Assembly (NCBI GenBank): GCA_023213395.1
Contig: CM041465.1
Location: 211,489,741 to 211,553,740 of the forward strand
From: Cycas panzhihuaensis
Lineage: Eukaryota > Plantae > Cycadophyta
Length of the DNA stretch: 64,000 bases
Reading direction: 5' to 3'
Below, piece by piece: positions 50,615 through 62,924 of this stretch. Numbering within the stretch: the first letter of the stretch is position 1; every line of letters starts with the position of its first letter. Made by a program: the position numbers and the translations under genes. Under the pieces are notes generated by a model that saw only the letters and a list, made by a program, of their open reading frames with translations, made no database searches and had not been told where the DNA came from.

Positions 50615-52410
50615 CTACTCCTGAGGTTGGGACCTTCTGCCATCCCTCCCTCTCTTAATGTACCCTGGAGGCCCATATCTATTTGTGCTTGGGTTTCTTT
50701 CTCTCTCGAAACCTTCTTTGAGGTCTACCCACCTTCTTCTCCATCCCATAATCTGGGACCCTTCTCGCTTCTTTAGAGACCCATTTACGTGACCCCCCTC
50801 CCCCCTTTTCTCCTTCACCTTTCGGGCCAATTCCACCTTCGGCCACAGGGTCGGCCTGACGAGCCCCTTGGGCCACCTCTCTGGTTACCCTCCTCGGGCT
50901 CAGACATGTAATCCTCTAAATCCCAATTTATATTTTCCACGATGCCATCAGTTGTTCTGCCTCCATGTTGACCTGAGAAGAAACATCCCTCTGCCCTAGA
51001 TCCTCGGTGGGCTCAGAAAGAACCACCGCCTCCTTCCCCTTACCCAAAACTGAACCACGGCTCTTACATCCTTCCTTAGCCATCGCCATCCTTCCCAAGC
51101 TCCATCATCACCGACTCTTTAGCCCTACTCCAAACTAACTGCGAGAGACCATAGAGTCGGGTCACCGCTCCAACTTGAGCCCCGACTCTTCCGATCACTA
51201 GATGGAACCAAAGCTGCGGGCCCCTCATTCGAGGTTCCCGCCGCTACCTCAGCCCCACAAGGCTCCTTAGTGCTTTCGGTACCCTTGTTTCACCACTTTC
51301 CATCCTGGGCTCTGAGAGTCCTCACGAACCCCCGGCATTGAAAGGGTAGATGTCCCTTTTCTTGCATTTAACACACCGAATCCTTCCGGTTTCATAAAGA
51401 AGTTCTTGGATGATAGATCTACCATCCGACTCAATTTCAACTTCGGTTGGGAATTCACCATCTAATTTAGCCGTGGCACAAAATCGGCATTCATCAACTG
51501 GATGCATGCACGGTGGCCGAATCCTGTGCTAAAAGAGGCCCTATCATTCTAGTGTACCTTTCACCGCTTGGATTCCGAAATGCAATGGGAGCCTGTGAAG
51601 TTGAACCCACACCGGGCTTGTTTCATCGCTAGGGTTCCTGGGTCGAAGTCAGGATGCCATTTCTCCAATGACATAGCCTTCCTTCCAAACATCCAATGGG
51701 ACTTTAGCAATATGGGAATCATGTCTTCTTGATTTAGAAATCTAAAAAGGACGCATCCTTTAGGTAGTGCCATAACTTGGACAGGATTTCTAGTCTTCCA
51801 TTTGTTTCTTATCCAGTCTCTAATCACATCCAAACCTGGCCTGGGACCCGAAAACCTTCCCACCAGGCTGAACTCCCAATACTGTATGGTTTTCTCGGTT
51901 ACTTCCTTCGGGATGGTGAGTTTATATCTGTTTCCAACCTTGACCGGGATAATGTCTTGTTCTTCATAGCTCTCAGCTCTCACAACATCTAGATAGGATC
52001 TCCCTGAAGGAGAAAATCGAGTCAGTTACGGTTTGAAATCATATTGAAGCAAGCATTTACATTACATTAACGCACCAAACAAAACCCTTCACATAACACA
52101 AATAACAACTGACCATACCCGCCGCCAGACTGTCCACAACAGGGGCGCCTAGACCCTTGGCCACAACTGTCCTCCACCTCGAACGCGTTCTTTGAGGCCA
52201 CAATGCTTATCCCATAAGGTATCTCCCTTAGTCTTCCGTCCCAGGCTGCCAAAAAGCTCCACGCCGCCTCCTTCCAAGCCGCGCCTTGCACCACACTGGA
52301 CCTCCAGATCGAATAGATCGCCTCACGTCGCCATAGCCGGAGCTTAGACAAAGCTCACGCCAAGACAACATAAAGGATCTTTGGGGACGCCCCCGCCTGA
52401 CTTTCGACAA
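50615..52410 (-). CDS. LINE ORF1 (DUF4283 RRM-like region plus CCHC zinc knuckle), frameshifted, with a probable intron at 52004-52118
   Basis: ORF 51561-51983 reads SLVGRFSGPRP...W...LPKGCVLFRF...WMFGRKAMSLEKWHPDF. Knuckle YE...RCVKCKKR at ~51360-51400. The true start codon is uncertain. Confidence 0.8.
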
Positions 52411-53559
52411 ACCCTAGCCAATGAAAACCAGAAGACGCAGTCGAACGCAGTGAATTACTCAACACTAGATCGCCTGCACGTATCTCATTATTTACTCTTT
52501 CAGCATATATTATGTTTGTGTATTTAAGTGCAAACTCCCTTACCTTTCAAGGTTCCTCACCATTGATTAAAGCTTCCATATCTTGTACTTCATCTTGAGG
52601 CTCAAGCTTGGTCCTATCTTTAGACTAAGATTTGTTAGATTATAAGCTAAAATAGGTATATGGTTTCTCTCTAAGTTTTTCGTTCTCTCCACAAATTGAT
52701 CAATTGTTCCCCACTCCCCAGCCCCCAACTTTCCATACCTTTATTTCCAAATGATTATAGAAAATTCACCCTTCATCCTATTTGATTTTCCTTTACTTTT
52801 CTAATTCTCTACTTAGATTTTAATTCTCTTTATCATTGTAGTATTATAAATAACTAGTCCAAAGGAAGTTTTAGCATGCTTTGCTTTTTTAGTTCATTTC
52901 TATAGAGTTTAATATATTTAATAGATTTTAACTTTTATTAAAAAATAGTAATGATGATTATAATTCACCACCAAATTGTATTTAAAAATACTTTTGTAAT
53001 AATATCTAAAGAGAAAATATAATCGTAGAAGCAATATATTAATAGAACTTTAAACTATGCAAAGAACAAATAACATAAACAAACCAAGTACACAACAAAG
53101 AACACTAGGAAATTTTAGTCTAAGTATAGATCTTTTATTAATCTAAGCAACAACTAAAGAATTACATAGATGAAAATTTCCAACTCTTCTCATTGACTCA
53201 TTAAAGACTCATCCAAACTTTTACATGTACCATTACATAATAATATATAGACACAACTTTACAATATACTGCCTTGTAGTTTTACAATATAATGGACATA
53301 AGCCATGGGTTGAAAAAAACCCCTATAAGACACCTAAAAAGTTTTCTCAAGAGCTCTCACCTGTAAACCCCTGCCTGGGGGGTCATTGCCCCCCTAAACC
53401 CACTAGTCGAAGGCCCTACAATGGGCCTCTAGACCCCATAGAAGGGGCTTAGATGTAATACTTATACCTATGTAACACTTGCAAAGTGTTCAACATATCC
53501 AACAATATGTATAATGCCATCTCTCTTCTATATGCCATATGCCAATATAAGGTTAGGCT

Positions 53560-53950
53560 TTTAAGTATTAACGGTACTAGTATTCTCCACTACTTCCTTT
53601 CCCAATCGTGTAAATCCATGTAATACTTAATGCAACATTGTGTATGTTAAATAGTTTTCTTCATAAAATGATATTTAATCAATTTTATAGATTTTATATA
53701 ACATTAGAAGTGACCTTATTATTTATCTTTTTGTATCTTTATTTTCTTCCTTCTTTAATCATGTTTCATAGAATTCCTCATCACTTTATCTTGAATTAGT
53801 ATCATAAAGTTCTTCCCCACCACTTGATTAAGAATCTCCTTCCTCATATATTATAAATTATTCAATGCCACTCACTTCATAGACCTTTTAAGCCATTTGG
53901 CTAACATAAGGGTGGTGCTTATGCTCCTCTCTTCCTTGTCTAATTTAATT
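53560..53950 (-). mobile_element. Highly decayed copia RT start
   Basis: Weak remnants of the EP...W..AM.EE..SL and downstream RT motifs on the minus strand. Confidence 0.35.
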
Positions 53951-55009
53951 TAGTATAAATGAAGCATTGCATATTCTTTAATTTCTTCATTACATCTTAC
54001 TATATATTAGTAGTTTAACTTAGAATAAGAATTATCTATAGACTCCCTTGATATAGCTGCAATTAGGGTTTGATTATTAATTTGTTCATATTCTAGCTTT
54101 ATTGAAGCCATAACCATTCTTATTTATTTATTTTTGCCATGTAATGTAAAGGTATGGGTTCTCTAATTTTAAATAGTTTTAATGGAATAAATCCATTATC
54201 ATTAAAAGGTAGACTACAAGTATGCTCTTGCATCCATTTTGGTTATCACCAAATACTATTTTATCCATAATCATCCCCATTGGGTTGATTCTCATATAAT
54301 TAGCTAGTTTTAGAGAGAATATTAAGCATGTTAAATGCCACTTCCTTATTTGACTTCATTTTTCCTTAAGTAATGCATTGACCCTCTTAACCTTCATCCA
54401 CGGAGGTATTATTTACCATTAGATCATCAATTAACATCCTATTTTATGGTCTTTAGTTTTAAAATCCTCCTTTCTTTTTTTGTCCGTTTTTTCAAACATT
54501 TAGGGCCTCCTTGTTATAGGAAAGTATATTGAAATACCTTAAACTTCACCATTTAAACACCTTCATAAGGAGAACTGTTAGTCTAAACACTTTTATTAAT
54601 TCTCATAACAATAACAATTTTTAACTCCTAAAGAGTTCTCTTAGGTGCCTTACTTTTGATATTTTAATTTTCTTGAGTGTAGACTATAATTCTAGTTGTA
54701 TTTCCTTATGGTTTCTAATACATTTTAAGGAAAATTTTTAATAATCTTTCAATTTATAATATTATTTTCTCTTATTTCCTAATCCATAGTTACTATCCTT
54801 CTTGTTGTTGTTGGTTCTTCGATGTGTTCAATAATAGTTTCCACTTCTAGTAATCATCAATTTTCTTCCATGAATTTGGAAGTGTTTTGTTTTAAATTTA
54901 ATGGTTTGATTTTTGATATAATTCTTATGTGATCCATTATATTTGTTTTCGAATCTATAATTATTGTGATTATATTAGAAAATTTCATTTTCTAGGGATG
55001 CTTTAGGCA

Positions 55010-55560
55010 ATATTGTCACTCATGATCTCCATGTCCACACTTTCTACAATAATATTCTACGTTAAGTAGACGGCAATATTCCTTGTAATGGAATGATACT
55101 TTACATTTAAGTGTTATCCATTGAATATTTTTCTCTTCTAGTGCACGTCCCAAGTAGATATACACCCTAAGGAATTGCACATTTGCTCCTTTTACAACCT
55201 CACCCACCACCTCTCTAGTGCTAACAATCTTCACTATTGAGAATGGCCAACTTACATTCTTCACATCACTTCATCATTTTTTGTCTCTCAGTAGATATTC
55301 TATCATTTGTATTCTTCAATCACTTATATTTCCTCAACTTTAGTTGATCCTATTCTATTTTTAGCATTTTAACCATATCAGTTAACTATGAGTTCATCTT
55401 TATTTTCATTGGAGCCATATGTTGAATTACTCTTAATTCTCCATTTCACTTTGTAATTTATACATTTCTTACCCCAATCTTGGTTTCTTGGCACAAATTC
55501 TAAGGCCATATATCATTTTGTATATGAGTCTTAGTTACGTATTCAATCAATGGAACTTAA
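55010..55560 (-). mobile_element. Old L1 ORF1 remnant (zinc knuckle region)
   Basis: ORF 55016-55264 reads FLRVYIYLGRAL...VSFHYKE...YCRKCGHGDHE*..C, resembling the L1 ORF1 pattern RVRV.IDL..PL...YE....C..CG..GH....C. Confidence 0.55.
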
Positions 55561-58500
55561 AAGCTATGGCAATTACCATTACCAAATAATGCATGAATAG
55601 ATCATCCACTCCATTTAACATTTTGGATATTGATTTACAAATATGACGATGGTAATCTCAAGTTGATTCATCATGTATTTCCTTCATCCCACATAATAAC
55701 TAATAAATGATTGTATAATGCCTTCTAAAATCTATGAAAAAACTATTTATACTACTATTCCCAACTTATTTTTGTTGGCTATATGTATTAATACTAGGCT
55801 ATAATATAGATCCATGTAAGGTTGGAAAAAATCACCTCTTAATTTCTTCTATATTCATAACTCTCTTGACACTAATTTGATTATGAAATAATGCTAAATG
55901 GTTTCTTAGGTCTCTAATTCTATTGTTGGGAAAATGTCCACATTGTGGCTATATTCCATATCTCTACATGTCTGAATAAGGCAATGCTCTCTATGACATT
56001 TGTCAACACCAAGTAACAATGGGTCTTAAGAGGTGTGTCGATGCATTCTCAATCTTGCATATTTATTTATGGGGTCCAAAGACCCTAACATTCATCGACA
56101 CCACCCATGTGCTTAGATCTTTCTTGTCTATTTGTGCTTTCATCTTTATGTTGTCCATTGATACCTACATTTAGTATTAGAGTCATATTACTCCTCTCGA
56201 GTCTCTTGTCCATTTAATGTATGCACAAATCTGCCATGTCCTTTAATGGAGTATTGACCTTTAGAAGTCTTGAGCATACTATGGAATGTTTATGAAGTTC
56301 ATGTGATGGGTGTGTCAATTTGGGCTTGGATGAAATTGTCTCTAGTCATGCATCTATATTCATTCTAGGTATTGACTGCACATGACATCCTCATCTATTT
56401 GAAGTGTCAAGATTAATACTAACATTGGGCAATTGATGCATCTTTGTTTTAACATTGCATTTCATTTGCATGCATTACTAACACAATATTCTATTACTTT
56501 ATGTAAACTACATGTTCATTTGCATGTATTACCCTTGCATGTGAATTGCTAGGTTTGTTTCATCTAGTTTGTTTAGTTTGCCCAATGTATTCAATTTTAT
56601 TCTATCCATTTGTTTGCATAAGTATTTTTATTTGTGTTATTTATTATTAATTTGAGTTTGCATCTGAATACCAACATCTACTTGCCTTGAGTTGAGTACT
56701 TCCATTAGATCTAATTGTGTTGAGTACCTATATTACATCACATTATGGCAATAGATATTATAGTCTTTAGGATAAATCTATGTTTTTTATCCATGGTCTC
56801 CATATACTTCAACAAGTCATATTCCACATCCATGTTTATCTTTGTATTTATGTTGATGAGTGTTTTGTGAGATACGAGGAAAACAACACATATCTATGTA
56901 TTTGTTTCTCACATTTTAAATTGAGGTGTGCACTCAATGCATTTGTCCATCTAGCTATGTTGGCTTGCATATCACCTCCATGTGTTGACAAGTCTTTAGC
57001 CATCCCCTACATCATCTATGTATTGCCTAGTTTATTTATTTAGTAAGAGAACATCTCATCACCTCCAGGGAATTTCACTTTTGCTTCTTTTATAACCTCA
57101 CCCACCACCTCTCTAGTGCTAATAATCTTCACTATTGAGGATGGCCAACTTACATTCTTCACATCACTTCATCATTTTTTATCTCTCAATAGATATTCTA
57201 GCATTTGTATTCTTCAATCACTTATCTTTCCTCAACTTTAGTTAATCTTATTCTATTTTTAGCATTTTAACCATATCAGTTAACTCTGAATTCATCTTTA
57301 CTTGCATTGGAGCCATATGTTGAGTTGCTCTTAGTTCTCCATTTTACTTTGTAATTTATACATTTCTTACCCCACTCTTGGTTTCTTGGCACAAATTCTA
57401 GGGCCATATATCATTTTTGTATATGAGTCTTAGTTACGTATTCAATCAATGGAACTTAAAACTATGGCAATAACTATTACCAAATAATGCATGAACAGAT
57501 CATCTACTCCATTTAACATTTTAGATACTGATTTACAAATATGATGATGGTAATCTCAAGTTGATTCATCATGTATTTCCTTCATCCCACATAATAACTA
57601 ATAAATGGTTGTATAATGCCTTCTAAAATCTATAAAAAAACTATTTCTACTACTATTCCCAACTTATTTTTGTTGGCTATATGTACTAATACTAGGCTAT
57701 AATATAGATCTATGTAAGGTTGGAAATAAATCACCTCTTAATTTCTTCTATATTCATAACTCTCTTGACACTAATTTGATTATGAAATAATGCTAAATGG
57801 TTTCTTGGGTCTCTAATTCTATCATTTGGAAAATGCCCATATTATGGCTATATTGCATATCTCTATATGTCTAAATAAGGCAATGCTTTCTATGACATTT
57901 GTCAACGCCAAGAAATAATGGACCTTAAGAGGTGTGTTAATGCACTCCCAATCTTGCATATTTATATATGGGGTCCAAAGACCCTAGCATTCAACACCAC
58001 CTATATGCTTAGATCTTTCTTGTCTATTTGTGCTTTCATCTTTATGTTATCCATGGATACCTATATTTAGTATTAGAGTCACATTACTCCTCTCGAGTCT
58101 CTTGTCGATTTAATGTATGCATAAATCTGCCATGTCCTTTAATGAAGTATTGACCTTTAGAAGTCTTGAGCATACTATGGAATGTTTATCAAGTTCACGT
58201 GATGGGTGTGTCAATTTCAGTTTGGATGAAATTGTCTCTGGTCATGCATCTATATTTATTCTAGGTATTGACTGCATGTGACATCCTTATCTATTTGAAG
58301 TATCAAGATTAATACTAGCATTAGGCAATTGATGCATCTTTGTTTTAACATTGCATTTCATTTGCATGCATTACTAACATAATATTCTATTACTATATAT
58401 AAACTACATGTTCATTTGCATGTATTACCCTTGCATGCGAATTGCTAGGTTTGTTTCATCTACTTTGTTTAGTTTGCCCAATGTATTCAATTTTATTCTA

Positions 58501-58961
58501 TCCATTTATTTGCATAAGTATTTTCATTTGTGTTATTTATTATTAATCTGAGTTTGCATCCGAATACCAACATCTACTTGCCTTGAGTTGAGTACTTCCA
58601 TTACATCTAATTATGTTGAGTACCTATATTACATCATATCATAGCAATATATATTACAGTCTTGAGGATAAATCTATGTATTTTATCCATGGGATCCATA
58701 TACTTCAACAAGTCATATTCCACATCCATGTTTATCTTTGTATTTATGTTGATGAGTGTTTTATAAGGTACGATAAAAACAACACATATCTATGTATTTG
58801 TTTCTCATATTTTAAATCGATGTGTGCACTTAAAGCATTTGTCCATCCATGTATGTTGTCTTGCATATCACCTCCATGTGTTGACAAGTCTTTAGCCATC
58901 CCCTACGTCATCTATGTATTGCCCAATTTATTTATTTAGTAAGAGAACATCTCATCATCTC
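55171..58961 (+). repeat. ~1.9-kb tandem duplication (55171-57065 and 57069-58961)
   Basis: ggaatt...aacctcacccaccacctctctagtgcta at 55171 and 57069 (offset 1898). Both copies end in aagagaacatctcatc. Paired ORFs at 56780 and 58613. About 90% identity by eye. Confidence 0.93.
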
Positions 58962-60161
58962 ATTTGTCTACTTGATAACATCACATATTCACCTATTCAT
59001 AATCAATATTGTGTCTTGGCAATTATGGTCGTGTCTCTATTCAGGTCAAACTATTTCCTAGTGTTTGTTTACATTTGTAAATTACTAGGCATGGCGTTAA
59101 AGTCAAAGAGCATGACGTTAAGTAAAGATGTATCCAGTCTCTTTCAAGTCTTTGTAACATAGATGACTTAATGGTGAAGACAAGTGAAGCTCTCCAGTCT
59201 CTTACATACTTACCTTTGTAACATCTTGAAGTGGTCAAATAAATCATACGAAGGGTTTTATCAGGGTCTAAGCCCAATCAAGTGGTAGTCCCATAACATA
59301 GTACTAATTATGTAGAAGTCGTCTATGTAATTGAGTTAACACCTATTAAGTTTGATAAGCAACTAGAGAAATCATTATTTGAGCATATAATATTTTAAAA
59401 TTTTTAATTATATTTCATATACTATTAAGTTTGTTGTGTTTTATTCCCTCTGTCACATAACCTATAGGTCACATATGGTAGCCAAGTGCCTAGAAGAATG
59501 TTTTTAAAGGGGATTACTTGCATTTTTAAAGAAGCCTATATTATTTTAAGTTCCTAATTCTATTTCAACAAGCATAACTATCATATGTAGGGCTTATTTT
59601 TAGATTCATCATCTTTAGTATGATCTTCACTCTTACCTAATCAAAACAAGTGCTTCTATGTCTATAGTGGGTTTACATTTGGTGGTCCATTTAATAAATC
59701 AAATTGATGTACTATTTTTATTACAATTTACGCACTAAGGCCTTTTCATTAAAATTGACCTCTTTATACTATTTAAGACATAACTTTGCCAAAAAGTATC
59801 AGATTTAAGTGTCATTTAATAGGTTGGATTTGTATTTCTATTTTCTATAAAGTGAATGGCCATTTAGGTAATTTTGAAATCTTTTTGATGTATTATTTTA
59901 ATGTTTAAAGTTGATACAATTTTATGGGTTTCTTATAAGTTGACCCTATAAACAAACTTAACACAAACTTCAATTTGTTATCACAAATTGATATAAAAAT
60001 CTTTATCTTGGAGGAGATTGATTACTAGTTAGGACACTTCTGCATGTTCTAAAGTTGAAAGGGAATAATTTGACTTATGTTTGAGTGCCTTTCTTTGCCT
60101 ATATTTAGTCCATTTGCCCTTCATCAAAGTAGTTTATCTTTTAAAGTAATTTTATTTTATC

Positions 60162-62920
60162 ATGGCTTCTAACATAAGTAATATAATAGTACTTAAGTTT
60201 GATGGTACTAATTTGTTAAATTAAAGTTATAGAATGAAGCCTATATATATATATATATATCAAAGGACATATGGGACTTAATCATAAATGGATATAATGC
60301 ATTTGATCATAATGCTACTACAAATTAGAAGAATACTTTCAAGGAGAACAAAGAGAGAGATAATGAGCTTTAACATTCATCTTTTGTACTTTGGAGGACC
60401 ACATTTTCTTAAGAGTAAGTGGGGTGACTACATCAAAAGAGGTATGGGATGCTTTGAAGATTACCTATGAAGGGTCAATTACATTAAAATTTTAAACACT
60501 AAAGATTAGATTTAAAAATTATAGAATTTACAATAATAAGGTAGTTAATAACTTCATAACTAAGGTATAAGGCCTAATCAATTAAATAAGGGCTTTAAGA
60601 GAAGTTATTAGTGAACGAAATATGGTAGAATAAATTCTAAAGAGTGTTAGTGACATTAAGAGGTTTAAGATAGAAGCCATAAGTATCGAAGCCTCTAAAA
60701 CCCTTATAACACTTAGAGTTAATCAATCTAGTGCCATGATGTTAGTTGTTGAAGAGAAGAAAGGTGGTAGTGAGTCCTTGTAATATGAATTTTCCACTAA
60801 GGTAAAGATTATGTCATTTTATAAAGGCCAAAGTTTTAGAGAAAGAGGTCAAACTCCTAGAGGAAGGAACCAAAACTTTATAAACTAAGGATAATTTTAC
60901 TAAGGGCTATTTATCAAGGTCAAGGTCAAATTCATCAAGGACATGAACAATTCTATCAAGGACAAGCATATAGGAATCAATGACAATATAATCAAGGCTA
61001 ATTTAATCAAGGTCAAGGCGAAGGTTTTAGATCTTAAGGAAGAGGAAGAGGACAAAATTAAAAAGGAAAGAATCAAGGACAAAGAGGAAGGAAAGACAAA
61101 GGAATAATATAATGTTCCTATTGCCATATAGACGGAAACTTAGAAAATAATTATTTTATAAAAAGATCTAGCATACAAAGGGAAGCAACAAATATAATAG
61201 TCAAATATCCAAGGGAAAATAAAATACTTTTCCTATAAAGTCTAATGGCTAATAAAGAGGAGGATAGTTATTATATTGATTCACATTACTCTACTCATTG
61301 GACAATTCTGAAATAAGTAAAATCATGTTTAGAGATAATACTATTCAAGCTATAACAGGTAAAGGGAATATAACCATCTAAACATATTTTAAAGAAACTA
61401 AGTGCATTAATGATATACTTCATGTCCCTACACTTAAAAAAACCTTATTATCAGTTGGTTAAATAATGGAGCAAAAGTATAAAGTTCTATTTGATAATAA
61501 TGATTGTATAATTAGAGACAAATTGAAGAATGAAGGAATAGTTGTTAAGGGTCAAATTACTTGTGACAAGTTATTTAAGTTAGTCATACCCCTAAATAAC
61601 TATTATGCCTTGAAGGCATCAATTGATGTGAATAATGAGACTTGGCATAAAAGATTTGGCCATGTGAACTACAACAACTTATAAATAATATATAAAATAG
61701 AAATGGTGATTGGTTTGCATAACACTAAACATAATAAAGAAGTATGTGAAGGATGTATACTAGGCAAATAACAAAGGGAAGGATTTCCAAATGACAACTA
61801 TAGAGTAAATAGGCCATTACAACTAGTATGTACATATTTATGTGAACTAATGGATATACCATCCCTTATAAGAGCTAAGTACTTCATAACATTTATTGAT
61901 GACTTTATAATAATGACTTGGATTTATTTTCTTAAATTTAATCAAATGCATTTTAATGCTTTATTGATTTCAAAGTGATGATTCAAAGATAATGAGAATT
62001 CATTTTAAATGAATTCAAGGACTATTGTAAGTACTATAGGATAAGGAAGTAACTCACTAATACTTACACTCCTCAATAAAATGGGGTAGAAGAAAGAAAA
62101 AATAAGACTACTATTGAGATGAGAAGGAGCATGCTTAAGGATAAGCATATTAGCAATGAGTTTTAGGGAGAAGTTATTCATGTAATTATTTACTTATTAA
62201 ACAAATACACAAAAAATATAGTAAGAAAGATCACACTTGAAGTGGCTTGGATATGTCAAAAGAAGGATGAAGTTAAGTGATAAAAGCACTAAATGCATAT
62301 TTATAAGATATAGTAATACATCAAGATCCTTTGAATTATATGACCTTAAAGATAAAAAAATCATCATGAGCAGAGATATCATTTGTAATGAAGATGAATT
62401 CTATCAAGAGGAAGTTAATGAAAAGATAAAGGCAAAATAGTTGTAGTTGATATAGGACATAACTTAGATAGTATAAATATACATAATACAAGGAAGTAGG
62501 TCCATTTACTTCAAATTAAAAGGTTATAAAATGGGTATAAAGGGGTCATACCCCTCAATATATTTTAGACATAAACTTTAAGAGAAGGATAACTAGATCT
62601 TGAAGGGTAAATTCTGCATTAATAACTCAAGTTATGGACTCAAATAAGCTTCAAATTTTTGAAGTGGCAAATTGTCAAGATTAATGGAAAGAAGCAATAA
62701 AAGAGGAGTTTAGTGTCAGACTGAAGAATAATACATGGGAGTCAATTGATTTTCCACTAATAAAAAATGCCATTAGGACAAAATAGATCTATAAGACTAA
62801 GCATAAGTCATATATTTTAATTAACAAGTACCAAGTATGGTTAGCTATGAAGGGATATGCTCAAGTTAAAGGCAGAGACTATAATGAAATATTTGCACTA
62901 GTTATAAGGTTAGTAAAATA
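60162..62920 (+). mobile_element. Degenerate Ty1/copia gag-pol (gag, knuckle, protease, GAG-pre-integrase, integrase, RT start), truncated at ~62920
   Basis: MASNISNIIVLKFDGTN at 60162, YIDS at ~61272, LLSVG, WHKRFGHVN (ORF 61466), YFITFIDDF, TPQ*NGV.ERKN, KSTKCIFIRY...SRDIICNE (ORF 62237) and KGYAQVKGRDYNEIFA. Confidence 0.88.
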
Positions 62921-62924
62921 CATG

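Larger units (their letters stand above)
46381..52482 (-). mobile_element. Full-length L1-clade LINE (6.1 kb) with an 18-bp target-site duplication
   Basis: TSD tctcattatttactcttt at 46363-46380 and 52483-52500. Short poly(A) tail seen as a T-run at 46381-46386. ORF1 and ORF2 both present. GC- and CpG-rich compared with its flanks. Confidence 0.96.

Noticed and set aside
47175-51992. Plus-strand ORFs within the LINE
   Set aside because: They are antisense shadows of the GC-rich ORF1 and ORF2.
55171-58961. The two 1.9-kb repeats as the LTR pair of one retrotransposon
   Set aside because: They are directly adjacent, with no PBS, PPT, TG...CA ends or TSD.
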